DNA of 64,000 nt from Macrostomum lignano (lineage: Eukaryota), in NCBI GenBank assembly GCA_002269645.1, contig NIVC01001886.1, forward strand, positions 1-64,000, written 5' to 3'. Made by a program: the position numbers and the translations under genes. Of the stretch, positions 11,870 to 25,600 are shown piece by piece. Position 1 is the first letter of the stretch. Each line of letters opens with the position of its first letter. The notes beneath the pieces are model-generated. The model saw nothing but the letters and a program-made list of their open reading frames with translations, searched no databases and was not told the origin of the DNA.

Positions 11870-12640
11870 CATAATCACCTCGGCCATACACAGGCCCTTT
11901 GCCACAACACTACGAACTCCCGGACAGTCGCTGACTGCACCCGACAGCTCAACCTCCTGGCCAGTTGCAATACTGTCAGGCTGAAGTGGATCCCAGGGCA
12001 CTGGAACGAGTTAGCAGACACCCTCGCCAAGAGGGGCGGCTCTGGCTCCTTGGGCCCTGAGCCCCTGGTCCCTATCCCTTCTACGGTCATCAATCGTCAG
12101 ATCGATGACTGGGCTGACTCCCTCCACAGGGACAGATGGGCGGGCACCCAAAACTGCCGGCAATCTCGTGCCGCGGTTCCGTGCCCCTCTCGCAGGCTCA
12201 GAAACGTCCTTCTGAACCAAAATCAGAAGGATATTCGAGCCCTCGTCATGACCTTTGCCGGCCATGGCTACCTCGCCAAGCACTGCTTCCTCCGAAGCGA
12301 TCTGGAGAGTGAACTTTGTCCTTTTTGCGAGTACAACAATGAAGATGCTCAGCACTTTGTCACTGCCCTTTTTTTACCAGCGACCGGCTGCGCTACCTCG
12401 GGCCAAACCCGTCCATTGACGAGGTCTGCCAGCCCGCGGACAGCATCCCACACGGCTCATCCAGCGACAAGCCGAGCCACTTTCTTCCCTAGGAAAGTTT
12501 ACACTGCAGGACGGACTGGCGGACCACCCTGCGACCCGGCGTCCACGCCTCTGCCTGTCTGCGGGCCTTCAGGGGTTTAGCGGAATGGGCGACCCTCGCC
12601 TCCCTAGTCTACGGATCACCCTCAGCTGAGTCAAGTAAGT
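11870..12640 (+). mobile_element. 5'-truncated, decayed non-LTR retrotransposon 3' end (RNase H C-terminus plus CCHC knuckle; R1/Loa/I-group-like)
   Basis: ALCHNTTNSRTVADCTRQLNLLASCNTVRLKWIPGHWNELADTLAKRG is an RNase H WxPGH..NExAD motif with an internal deletion. Then GHGYLAKH...LCPFCEYNNEDAQHF (zinc knuckle). Ends in tcaagtaagtc. Confidence 0.85.
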
Positions 12641-13287
12641 CACCTCAGCCATGTTGTCACTGCGCGCCCATACGGTGCCCAAGCTGTTTTTGCCTTTCCA
12701 ATTGTCTTATTTGCAGATGCAATAGCAAATTAATTCAGTCTCTGTCGGACAGTCCTACAGTAAATGCACAAGCTATAGCCGTAAGCTTAGAGTTTGAACC
12801 TGAGGATAGTTCTGAACAGCACCTCAGTGCTGCTTCACAGATTTTAAAAAGATATGCTTCTCTCAATTGTTAGACACGGAAATCCCTCAGAATAAGGTAG
12901 AACGCCAAGAGAATGAAGAGTTGCAGGAAGTATACTAAGCCTCCTCCCTATACCGCAAGGTGCAGATCACCATTGACTGCAGCTTCTAAGCCATCCTGTC
13001 AATCGGCTATTGAAGGCAGGTAAATTTGAAGTTGGCCTCTTCTAATTGTGCATGACAGCCTAGCTGGTGCCGTTCTGGCTCCGCCTCAAAATGCTTCTGC
13101 CGGTCTGGGTCCACTAATTTACACAGGAAGTTGCGTGCTGCACTAATTAGGTCAAAAAATGTTTTTTTTTTAAGTGTTAGCTAAATTTTGCCTTTGACAA
13201 TGTTCCTTAACAAAGGAATCAATCAAGCGTTTTATTCGCTTCTCGTCGTTTCAGAAACAAGGCATAATAGTATAAGGATACTAACAG

Positions 13288-13591
13288 TAATAATAATTGA
13301 TTACACGGTACACCTGCCCCAACAATCGGCCGCCAGATGTGCAACCGACAGCTCAGCCGCAGCTATTGCGCGGCGCATCTGAAGGCTGCGTACGGCTGTT
13401 CAGTTCAAAGACTGGCGGACACCCTCAATTACCCCAGCTAATGCTGGCACCCATTTTACACCCTGGGTGGACTGAAGCAATACAGAGGGACCAAGAAGAG
13501 GGACGTCTTGCTGAAGGACCAAGAGTCGAGAGTCGAACCCCAGACCTTACAGTCTGGAGTCCGACGCTCTAACCCTTAGGCTACAATTCCC
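13288..13591 (-). mobile_element. tRNA-derived SINE, copy A
   Basis: Minus strand begins GGGAATTGTAGCCTAAGGGTTAGAGCGTCGGACT...GGGGTTCGACTCTC (A and B boxes); central tgtaaaatgggtgccagcattagctggggtaattg; (TTA)n tail; two further copies in the window. Confidence 0.85.
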
Positions 13592-14301
13592 TCAACAAGT
13601 TTTGAACGAAATATCGCCAAATAGCTAGAATTTCAAAACTTTCTACTCACTATCATTCTTAGTAACAGTAGTAATATCAGAGTTTGCGAAAAATAAGATC
13701 AGAGTTATGGTTAAAAATTAAAAACGTTTGTGCATATGAATGTCAGTAAATATTTGTTTTAATGGTTACAATTACAATTAATGGGTCGGGACTGACTCTG
13801 GTACATTTCCCGTAGAAATCCAATTTTATGAGCGTAATTACTCGTAGTGTATCTTGGCAAAAAACTTTATATTCTTCATTTAAAATATAGAAAAAAGTCA
13901 ACTTGAGTGCAGATTTGCATAATTAATTAAGCTGGTGATGACTGTGTTTATTTCGAGTCCATATCTGGAGGTGGGGAGCAGTTTTTTATTAACTACATTT
14001 TGATAGCAAATGGGAGTTAGAAAGAATTATAATAGCACACATTGTACAAGTCAAGCAAATTCTAATTATCAAATACTAGCGATAAAGGGACTTTCGGACT
14101 TGAACATGTCAGTCTCCCCTTAGTCATTTCACTATATAATAAAATAGAAAAAAACAACAGCAGGTACAACAGTGAGTGAATTAAGGAAAGGTATTTCAAT
14201 TAGAGCTTGAACTGGAAGTGAATGGTAGGCATATACCAGGGTAGCAATATGAATGCGGCTTGCTCTCATTCAATTAGTCGGCAAGGCCTAATTTAAACAA
14301 A

Positions 14302-14854
14302 TCAAGCCGGCTGCGATTCAGCGCCAGCGCCTCGCGCGCCTCCGGCTCGCTTCCGTTCGCGCCTGCGCGCTTTCCTCTGCCTGCGCCGGAGTTTGCGCCT
14401 CTCCCGGCGCTGACGCTTGCACTCGGGCGTGCTGCACTTGGAACGTCGGCCGGCCTTTCTGCCGCCCTTCCGGCGGCCTTTCCGGCCTTTGCGGCCTTTA
14501 CGGCCTTTCCGACCTTTACGGCCCTTCCGGCCCTTCTTCTTCCTTCGGCCGCGGCGCTTCCGGGCGCCACTGGGGCTGGCGTCAGATCCGGCGCTGGCGC
14601 TAAAAATAAAAATAAATGAATGACAATTCAAGGTGATCGAAAATCAATAGAATGGCGCCTATTATTTTTACGGTCCAGCATTACAGATGGACTTACACTT
14701 CAGGCCGCTGATTTCCGGTCTGAAGTGCGCCGCCTGCTTCAGGAGCCAGAAGCTGCAGCGGCTGTCGGCCAGAGGCTGGAGCCGCCTCACAGACGAGGCT
14801 GTAAGCGGCAACGCTGGCCGCAACGACCAGGGCCAGTGTACAAAGGCCCTTCAT
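14302..14854 (-). CDS. Two-exon secreted, highly cationic Gly-Arg-Lys repeat protein, 151 aa (exons 14854-14697 and 14599-14302)
   Basis: ATG at 14854 gives MKGLCTLALVVAASVAAYSLVCEAAPASG (signal-peptide-like). A 97-nt GTAAGT...TTTTAG intron (14696-14600) joins in phase 2 to ASAGSDASPSGARKRRGRRKKK(GRK)6GRRK...CSTPECKRQRRERRK; stop TGA ends at 14302. Confidence 0.8.
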
Positions 14855-16613
14855 GTGCGCGCGTCTTTGACTTTTTAAAAAAGTAAATGTGTATTATAAT
14901 CTTTTGCTACGAATAGCTGTCCGGTTCGACTCTTGAACGGTAGCAATTTAGTTTTCTGAATGCTGTTGTGGGCTTTGACTTCTGTTGTGGCCTTAAATAT
15001 GAAACTTCATAGAGCGAAGGGACGGGGAGGGAGGGTTGACGGAGACGAAAGGAAAGGGAAGGGAAGGGAAGGCCTTGGGTTTGGCGGCAGCGAGACTGAG
15101 GACCCATGCAAAGGGGAGAGTGTGGAATCGGGGGGCTCAAGAGAAGATGGAGGCTTAGGAGCCAATGTGCAAACGAAAGAAGGATGAATCGAAGGAATTT
15201 AGCCCATGCAGGGTTGGGTAATGTGATGACTAGGCGCCGCGTCCAGCCAGCCCCTCCTCCCCAAGTCCACACAAGACCCAAACCCTCGCTTTGAAGGCAA
15301 GAGGTTTTGCAGTTTCTGCGTTTGCTGTACTCTGAGTAACTGAACATTTAGTTAGTAACCTTGTACGCCTCGTCACGTGCGACCGATGCGGACCGCTGGG
15401 CCCGCGTCGACTTCGTCGCTCTTGATGTCGCCCGATCTATACGCACAACCTTCCTCTGCTCTCTCCCTCCTTCCATCTACATGTTATTGGGCGAGCGTGT
15501 GTTCTTGCATGAAGCTGGGCACATTAGCACTTTTCACCCATCTGGCTGCAGTTAACTTATAGAGTTCCCTACAGAAAGCGAACTCGATACCTCCTATAAG
15601 TCGTGATCGTGAGACCTACATGTAACTACTGTATAGCGTGTTGCTGGTCTGGTTGTTGCTAATGAGACCTATGCTCGTTCTACTATGCGGTCTACATGTA
15701 CGAGCGATACGTCTACTACATATATTAGCCAATGCACCTTCCTTTGGTGTACGGCAGATGAACTAGACATACCGATAGAAGAAAAACGATCGAGCCTTTC
15801 AATCCGCCATTGAACACAGCATGATATGCGACGCATCGATAGAGTTCGTCAAGAGACATTGATTTATCAATACAGATGCTCATGGCTCAAGTGCGATGAT
15901 ATCAAACTATTATGCTGTGTCGCTGAGACAGTACATGTACATGTACGAGCGTATCTTGATCTTGTTATGTACCCAGAAAGAATTGAGGGGGACAATTCTT
16001 ATATTTAATTATATATTAAACTTCTAAAAAATTGGCAAATTTATATCATGCATTTTAAATAAAAAGTCTATAAAAACGTGACAAAGGGGTGTGGTAAATA
16101 ATTTTGGCACCAGCTGATGGACCATCCCCCCGTCCCGCCCGGATCCGGGAATGTAGAAATTTAGTATTACTAACACGTTGGTCGTTGCGCGTTATAGCTA
16201 CATTATTACTACGTCGTTACTTTTCCATCTTGCTTTCCAATCGACTTAAGGCGAGCCTAATAGCTGCATTTATATATTTATCAATATAACTTACTTGCGG
16301 GAAAACACAAAATTCCCAATTTCCTATCGAATCGATCAACTTTCAAGCCGACATCCCTTTTAGTATTTAGCTACTGTTCGTTGCCAATCAAATCGATTTT
16401 AGACTCATAAAATAATAAGTACCAATCAACTAACTAAAAATAATCTTTTTTGTTTTTATAAAAGCTTTCTTCTGCTGATGAACTACAAATATTTGCTTTA
16501 ATTTATTTTACTAAGATTTTCTGGTTTAAAATAAGAACCAGCGGTAAATTATTATTCTTTTCAGCGAGGCTGTTGTTGCGCGGTAGTTCACTGTAAATTT
16601 TTCCTACCTGTCC

Positions 16614-19600
16614 ATGTCCGTATTTACATTAGAATATTGTTACACAAATATTTTTGCTATTGTAAGTACCTTTCAATATTTCCTGCATTTTTTGTCATTT
16701 TGTGTTCATTATTATTTGCTCTTTTGCAGCCCTTTTTGCTTTGAAAACTGCTGACATGCCACTATTTGCTTTTGAAAGTAAAGCAAAATAATTTTAATCA
16801 ATTAAATTTCAATTTTTAGTGAAAACCGATACTTATCTTTGCTCTTAATGACAAAATGTCACTAATTAGGCCCTAGCCCTATCCATTTTAGCCTTATAGT
16901 ATTAAGTATAACCATATTTATGACAGTGGTAAAAAGTATGTATTAGAAATGTGGCAGTTGTTATTCTTATGGTGACTGTATAAATAGTCAAACAGGTATT
17001 TTTTACAGTAAATGCATAAGGCACTATCTGGGCCTAATGCTAAGGTTTTAACTTAATATAACCATATAAATAGTAAAACTGTTATTTTAGGGTCATTATA
17101 CTTAAGAAGCAAAATGGCTATTTTTATATAGTCATGGGGAAGAAATTTAATTTATATTAATTAGTTAACAATTAGTGACAAGAACTACTATATATATTAA
17201 TAAAATATTTGTTTAATTCTATAAATTCTCTTATTATTTGCACTGCAAGTTTCTTATTTAATTTAGAACTATCTTTCTATTGATATGGTCATTGCAACAA
17301 TAATAACTGCTTAAAAATTTGACTATAGTATCTAAATGTCAATATAATTTGCTAAATTCAAGTTATTGTTTATTGCAACCAAGGCATAAAAATACTATTA
17401 GTATGATATTTGTATCAGTTATTATAAGACTAATGACAACTTAAAGCAATGCCAATACTAAGTAGCAAATTGGTAGGAACCAATGTCTATATATCAATTT
17501 CATTATTAGCCTTATATATATACTTTGTATATCTTATATTGCTATAATACATAGTTAAATGAACTAATAGTTATAATAAAATATGCCAAGGATTCCAAAA
17601 ACTAGTTAATGATGACAAAATCTTTTGACCCTAGTAAGCTTTGGGGTTGGAATTTTATAATACCTAGTGTTGTATCAATTATTTACAGATATCTAAGGCA
17701 TTATTAATGCTGATGCTTTTAATATTTTGTGTCATGTCATATATAAAGTTAGCCTAATAGATAGATAAAGTAAGGCAAGAGTTATAAAATGTCTCTAACG
17801 TCAAATGATTTTTAGGAAGGGAATAAGGATATTGATTCCCCAGGGAATTATCTTATCTGGAACCCAGGGAATTTACTGTCATTCCCTGGGGACCTCTGGG
17901 AAAAGATAATGGTGGATAACATAGATCATAAGTAGAATTTTATAAACTTTAATTTAAGCTTTGTACTACATGTTCAAGGCGCAAGGGTAAAAACTTTGGG
18001 TTTGGAATTAAATGATGGCATCAAATTGTTTCTTCCATATTCCAAAAATTATAATGAGCACTTTTCTGCAAAGCAGTTTGAGATCATGCTTTTTAGTCCT
18101 TTGGCTATAACTTCCTTATTTCAAATGTTTAAAAATTGAAAACTTCCACACTTGTGTATCTTTGAATTGTGCATCAATTGGTGCACAGTATGTATGCTTA
18201 ACTATTAGCAGTCATGCTTGGGCGCAACCTTGGGATTCACTCGGCCATTTCTATTGGCAACATACACATGTAAGTCGCTATTGGACAGAATAGTAGTCAC
18301 GTGACTGCTCTTAGCCAATAGTGACTTACATGTGTGTGTTGCCAATAGAAATGGCCGGGTGATTCCCAAAGTTGCGCATGTATGTTAGCAATATAGAAAA
18401 AATGCAAAAAACTGTAAAAGTACATTTCCATTTTTTTGCCACTAACTTTTTGTTACAATTAAAAAAACAACCTAATAATGTTATGCATCATAGTAAGACA
18501 CACCTACAACCCTCAAACATTTTAGCTTGAGTTTTAATATGCATGAGGAAATGCACTTTTGTAAAGACATAATCTTAAGACAAGCATTTCAACTGAAGCC
18601 TGTTCCTTTTTCTGCAATGAATCCATACAAAACTATACTCATTAAATAGATCAGATTCTTCTCTTTAAAATGACACCTCACTTTTGAAATTTGCTCTTGT
18701 AGTTTTGAAGTTACAGCAGTTTTTGTGAGATTTTTTGTCAATTTTTCGATGCACATGTCTCATATTATTTTATGCTTCACGAATTGGCTGGCTGTTTGTT
18801 CCTCATGCTCAGCACTTTGTGGGTTTCACAGAGCTCACTGAAGAACAAGTAGTATAATAACATGAAAAATGATTTTATAATTAACAAAAAAATTAAATCT
18901 TTACAATAATAAAAAATCTTTTAAATAAAAGCCAATTCAAATTATAGAATATTAATATTATAATTCAAATTGTAAATTAGCTTTTTTAAAAAAATATTGG
19001 GTAAAACAAAAGTTTTTATGGTGTTTAAAGTTTTTTTATAAAATGAAATACTTGAAATATATATTGTAACATTGTAGCTAAAACTTGAATTTAGGTTGTT
19101 CTATCTCAGTCAATGGCCTTTTGATATCTTTGCACATATGGCTTCTAGAAATTCTATAGTCTTATCTTCATAAACTGCAAAAACTTTCTGTTTTACCCAA
19201 TATTGTAATAAATGGTTCTATACGACTCAAGGCATAAATAAATGAATTTAATTGGTTCTAAAAGCAACTTAAAATTAAAAATGTCAAGAAAATAAAAAAA
19301 TAAAGAAACAATTAAAAAAGAAAAAAATAATGCAGTACATAGAATATATATATGCCTTTTTTCTATAACTCTATATTAACTTACAAACTAAAGTATACTA
19401 GAAGACCTAATTTCAAATCCCAATCCAAATCCTAACCTAAGAAAATCATTCCCAATCTTAACCTTGCTTGATGACTTTAATTCTATCCAATTTCTAATTA
19501 AGAGCAAGCTTAATTTGATCAATTGACCTAATAGATAAACTATTTAAAGTCTAAAGAGCAATTCATTTGCTAAATAAACAAATTGTACATTTGTTATTAT

Positions 19601-22600
19601 ATTTTCTAAAGACAAAATTATTTTATATAGTAGAAGTGCAAATGTAAGTACCAATCTAATTTAGGGTTTTAATAATGTAGCTCTTGTCTATTATATATAA
19701 AGTAGGTGATTTTGTACTTTCAAGGGTATCTTCTATCTATTAGTCTTTATTTTGTGAAAATATCCTATGATCGTGATAGCTGTAGCTAATTATAAGTATT
19801 TTACTACAAGCAAGCAATTTAATAATCAGTGTGGAAACCTAGTATTAAAAGATAGATTTCTCAATACTCTATGGTTTAAAACATGGACTTGGAGCAACCA
19901 AGTTAGTAATTCAAGCACTCATTTAGTTTTGGGCGACATTTCTAGTCCAGATTGGGCAACATTTCCAGTCACTGTCACAAAAAAACATTGTTTAGCAATT
20001 TGACAATCATTATTCACATTTTTAATAGAACAATCCATTACTACAAACAATGCAATATCTGTAAGTTAAAGAACATAAACAGAGCAAAATTGAACAAACT
20101 AAACTGACAACTGATTAGGTAGGTCAAACAAAATTAGCATAATCAGGTCTTATATAGGAAAGTAAGTCAGTCATTCAAATTAGCTTGTTAGGCATTCTGT
20201 CAATTGGTAGCACCATTAGATAGAATACATAGCCTGCGGCTTCACTTTCAGCCATTGTGAAATATGGGCAGTGTTATCATCCCTCTCAATTGCACTTGAT
20301 CAAATTGTACTTTGTGTTACTTATCTTGTTGTAGAGGCCATGTGCTGTGTGATATTTTTCTAGTGTTTTATCTGTAGTAACAAAGCCTAGCCCATCTCCC
20401 CATCTTCCTTTTAAAGGTCATTGGGTTCCTTTTCTTCTAGCATGCTGAATGTGTATATCTTTTTGCAGCCAAAATGGTGCTAAAGACACTGAAAATGACT
20501 TAACGAGTGCTTCAATTATTAAATTAATTGCTCTAATGACCTCTGGTTTAGACCATAGACTTAAAAAGTCTATCTTTAAGCATTGCTTTCTTTACTGGTT
20601 ATTAAATTGATTATTAACAGTATCAAAATGGCTTTCAAATAGCTGTATTAATGCCTGGTAAAGTTTTTATTTAAAAACCAAGATTGTAATATGTTTATTT
20701 CATACAAAACTTGTCTAGCTTCTCTAATAATTACATATTTGTGCAATAGATGTGTATATTAGTATTGGTAGGTTACATGTTTTACAAATAGCTTAATTTG
20801 AATTTCTTGGCCTATTTATAGAAACATTTACCAACTTAATATCCTTTATATGCTTTATATGCTTTTGCTACCACATGGAGTTAGTCATAGTTTATAGTTG
20901 GCATTGGACACTACATACATGCACAGTTTGGTATAAGAGGCAGAAGTCACATGACAAGATCCAGGCTAATTTTTGTGCACAAGCTCCAAATTAATGTGCA
21001 ATTAGAGAGCATTCTATAAACGCACCCCTCCAAATCAACCGCTATATAGGCCTCCCTAAAGGAGATTCATTATCGCCGGTACCGAATAGCACAGCCAGTA
21101 GAGAGTGCGCACACCTGCTCCGATCCGGTGTTTAGCAGCTTCGCAAAATGCCAACGCTGCGGCATTTTGTCAGCCTGGAAGCGCTACCTACCTGACACTG
21201 GCGATCCCAGCAAGCCGTACGATTATGGCAATTATGAGAAGGAATTATGGGTATTCTGGCATGGCGGCCACGACCCGCCTCAGCTGCGGGACAGTCTGGC
21301 GCACGATCTCACACCGTGGTCAGACAGCTCGGATGGCGGCGGCATCAGCTACGAGGTTCGGACTATGCTATTCAAAGCAGTGCATAATTGCATCGAGCGC
21401 TGTTTAACTGGCAAAGGCTACGTTCGACTAGGCCAATGGTTTGTCCGGCCGCTGGTGCCCGGCCTCTGTTTGGATCCGGCTGTGACGCAACAGTTCAGCC
21501 TGGCTTTGAACTATTTCCTGCACGGCGAATCCGTCTGCGCCGCTGTTGATGCTAAACTATATCCCCCTGTAAGCTAATTTAATACTCCTTTGCAGCAGTC
21601 TCGTTCTCGTTCTTTGCAGCAGCTTTTTACTAACCAACAATACCCCATTGAGATTTGTTAAATAGCAATTACCATTGAGATTCATCTGATCATTAATCTT
21701 CTCTTGTGAAATTAGATTACAATCTTACCAGTTGAGTTTTGATGCTTCAAAATAATCCTCACCGCTCGGTTTATAATATCCCCTTGTGAGATTTGTTAGC
21801 TCTGCTCACAATATCCCCTTGTGAGATTTGTTAGCTCTGATCACAATATCCCCTTGTGAGATTTGTTAGCTCTGATCACAATATCCCCTTGTGAGATTTG
21901 TTAGCTCTGATCACAATATCCCCTTGTGAGATTTGTTAGCTCAGCTCACAATATCCCCTTGGGAGATTTGTTAGCCCATCTCACAATATCCCTTTGTGAG
22001 ATTTGTTAGCTCTGCTCACAATATTCCCTTGTGAGATTCTATTTAATGCCTGTGTGCCCAATTGAATCAATCGCTTGTCTTAATTCAACCACAATACCCA
22101 ACCATGAAAATGCAGGTACACAGCCTGACCAAGCAGCAGTGCCAGGCTCGCACTCCCGTCATTCTGTCTCCACACGGCATTGCTGGCGAACTCACTGGCC
22201 GAGAATGGGATTCACAAAATCAGATTGAATCCCTAGTCTGGCGCGAGTTCTTTCCTCACGTTCGCACCGATCGCGGCTTTGTTGAGGTGGCCGTCGGGCA
22301 GCATCGCCTCTGGTACCCGGTGGATCTTCTGTTCGCCACCCAGGCGCCGCTGCCGCCGGAGCCGCTATCCCAGATTGAGCTCAATCTGGCTGCCGAATCA
22401 TCAGCAGATGCCTGTCTGCAACACCTGCTCGGCTGTCAGGGCTCGGATGCTAACGGCGTGCATCAGCAGCAGCAGCAGCAGCGCTGCACGTGTCGCAGGC
22501 GCACAAAGCCGCGCCCGGCACTGACCAGCGCCTATCACAATCGTTTCTTTCAAGCCACCGAGCGGACTGTAGACCGAGAACCGGCTATGCCGACGCTTAG

Positions 22601-25600
22601 CCCGCAGGAGCCACTCAGCGTTGAAGAAAGCGAAGCCGCAGCCGCCGCCGCCTCTGGGGCAGCCTCCATCCCAACGGCTGATGGCGTCGGGCAACAGCCG
22701 TCGTTAAAAGGCCTGCCAAAAAGTGAGCCAATCTCGCCGCCGGCCGCCGCGTCAGTTGAAGCAGCAAAGTCTCAGGGCGACGGCGTCGGACTGATGGACG
22801 ACGAGTCGCAACAGCAGCAGACCCAGGCGGCCGCCGCTTCTGCGCTTGCCGAATCTTCGTCGAGTCGGCCAGCTTCGGTCAAGACGCCGCAGTCTCAGCC
22901 AACTGGCAGCGAGTCTCAGCCCGCTTCGGCCGCCGCCGCTGCAGCCGCCCCGACGCCGCCCCTGCCGCCTCCGCCTCCCCCACCGCCGACATCCTCTGCC
23001 CAACAACAGCAGCAACAGCAGCCGCCACCGCTTCCCGCCTCCTCGATGCCTAACGGTCAAGCTAGCAGTGTTGCAGCCGACTCACTGTTGGAGCCTGGCC
23101 TCGGCTGGCTTTCCGTAGTGCAACAATCGCTGCGCAAGCGGCCGCTACCGCAGCTGGAGCCTTGGGAAGCCGATCTGAACGATTCTGGGCACGACGTTGT
23201 TAGCGAACTGCCCGAATGGACATCGCTGGCTGCATACGCTAAGCACGCTCGGCTCCTGCTACCAGCTCGCGGCATTTTGAACGGTCCCGCTAGCAGTGCT
23301 AATGCGACTGCCGCTGGCTCCGTAGGCGGTAGCGGCGCTGCCAGCGGCGTCGCTTTACCTATTGACGATTCGGCTTCGCCTTCGGGCATTGGTTCCCTAG
23401 TCGGCCTGAGAAGTTCGCCTAGTAAAGCCGGTTTGTCAGCCGACTCTAAGTCAAGTAAGCTTTTCATCATTGTATAATTTTTCTATTATTTGATTTATTC
23501 TCTTTATACCCTTATCCGACCTCTAGTTCGATTTGCTATTTTCAATATATCGAAGCAATCATCCCAAAAATTTCAGCCGCCGTGTCTCTGAAGAGCGAAG
23601 ACATACTTAAAGTAGAGAATCTGCAGATGCAAAGCATTTTTGAAGTTGAATCGCCAGAGCCCGTGAGTTGGTGGCTGTTTTTCTTAATTATTACCTTCTG
23701 TAGCCCAATCATTTTTGTTGCTCTTTAAATCTTTTAAAAGACTTAACAACCAAGAAGCAACAACCCTATGGAAAATCGCCTCCACACCACTACACCCAAT
23801 GGAAAATCGCCTCCATGCCACTACACCCAATGGAAAATCGCCTCCACACCACTACACCCAATGGAAAATCGCCTCCATGCCACAACACCCAATGGAAAAT
23901 CGCCTCCATGCCACTACACCCAATGGAAAATCGCCTCCACACCACTACACCCAATGGAAAATCGCCTCCACACCACTACACCCAATGGAAAATCGCCTCC
24001 ATGCCACTACACCCAATGGAAAATCGCCTCCACACCACTACACCCAATGGAAAATCGCCTCCACACCACTACACCCAATGGAAAATCGCCTCCACACCAC
24101 TACACCCAATGGAAAATCGCCTCCACACCACTACACCCTATGGAAAATTGCCTCCATGCCACTACACCCTATGGAAAATCGCCTCCACACCACTACACCC
24201 ACCCTATGGAAAATTGCCTCCATGCCACTACACCCTATGGAAAATCGCCTCCATGGCACAACACCCTATGGAAAATCGCCTCCACACTCGCACCCGCAAC
24301 GCTTTGCAGTTGGACAACGCAAACGCCGCTTGCGAAGGGCCCGGCTTACACGGCAATCCGTCCAGCAGCGGATGCGTCATCGGTGGCACCTCCATGGCCT
24401 CCTGCGGCGGCTCCGGCACGCTGCCCGCCTCAGACCTGTGTCGGATCTACCCGACCCCGCCCTCTCTAGAGAATCACATTCACCCGTCACCTGCGCCGGA
24501 AACCGACCAGGCCAATATGCTCAGTCCTGCCGCTGCGGCCGCTGGACACCACCACCACCATCATCACGCCTCGGCCGACTGCGGATCTGGCCCCGATCTA
24601 GCTAACGACGACGATTGGAGCTTCTTGACCTCGCAGCGTCATCAGGGCGGCAGTCTGGGCCAATTATTTACTGCCCAGAATCCTCCGATGCCTCATCTAT
24701 CGATTGTGTACGTACCGGAGCTGCCACAGACGCATCGGCCGCATCGGGCTGCTGCGGCAGCTGCTGGCCACGCAGGCGGTGGGCACTACGGCATTGGCCA
24801 GCAGATTGCTGCAACACCTTCGTCGGCCTCTGTCACCGCTGTCGGACACATGCCGGCCGGAACGCCGGTCACGCCCGGCTCATTCGCCGCGGTGGCAACG
24901 CCGGCCAGTGTCCGGACGCCCGGACAGGCGGGCACGCCGTGCGGTTCGATTGTTGGCGAACAGCTGGACCAGTCTCAGCTGTCCACAGGGCATCAGTCTA
25001 TTCAGGCGTCTCAGGCGCAACCGGTTGAAGCGCTGAGATTAAATTTGTTGCTATCTGACTCACTGCTTTGTCTGTGCCGAGATCAGGTACTTTCTTAGAT
25101 TTTTGGGTTGTTATCATGCTTGGTTCAAATCTAAACTGGCTCTACTCTACGGCAATTGCATTCCAGTATCCTCGATTAGCCACCACCCTTCCAAACCCTC
25201 AGCTGTTGAGCCACACTCCCATATCCTCAGTTGCTGGGCCAGCCTGTCAGATCCTCAGTTGCTGGGCCAGCCTCCCAGATGCTCAGTTGCTCGGCCAGCC
25301 TCCGATATATTCAGTTGCTGGGCCAGCCTCCCAGATGCTCAGTTGCTGGGCCGGCCTCCCAGATCCTCAGTTGCTGGGCGACCCTCCCAGATGCTCAGTT
25401 GCAGGGCCAGTCTCCCAGATCCTAAGTTGCTGGGCCAGCCTCCCAGATCCTCAGTTGCTGGCCAGTCTTCCAGATGCTCAGTTGCTGGGCCAGTCTCCCA
25501 GATACTCAGTTGCTGGGCCAGTCTCCCAGATCCTCAGACTGAGCCATCACCCTAGAAAATATCCAGAAAAGACCTTGTCTAATCTCTCAGCGCCTTATAC

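Noticed and set aside
13520-13591. Possible tRNA genes (also at about 26280, 38100, and a tRNA-like A box at about 26610)
   Set aside because: No complete cloverleaf or acceptor stem; three are SINE heads and the fourth lacks a B box
14302-14631. Protamine or histone H1-like reading of the Arg/Lys ORF starting MNCHSF
   Set aside because: The ORF start lies in an intron polypyrimidine tract; the spliced form begins with a signal peptide
18420-19300. AT-rich segment reminiscent of Tc1/mariner-type non-autonomous ends
   Set aside because: No TIR pair, TSD or transposase remnant could be identified by eye
23715-24309. N-terminal repeat part of ORFs 23715, 23768 and 23815
   Set aside because: A 31-bp unit is not a multiple of 3 and lies inside MED13 intron 4; only 24310-25086 is coding
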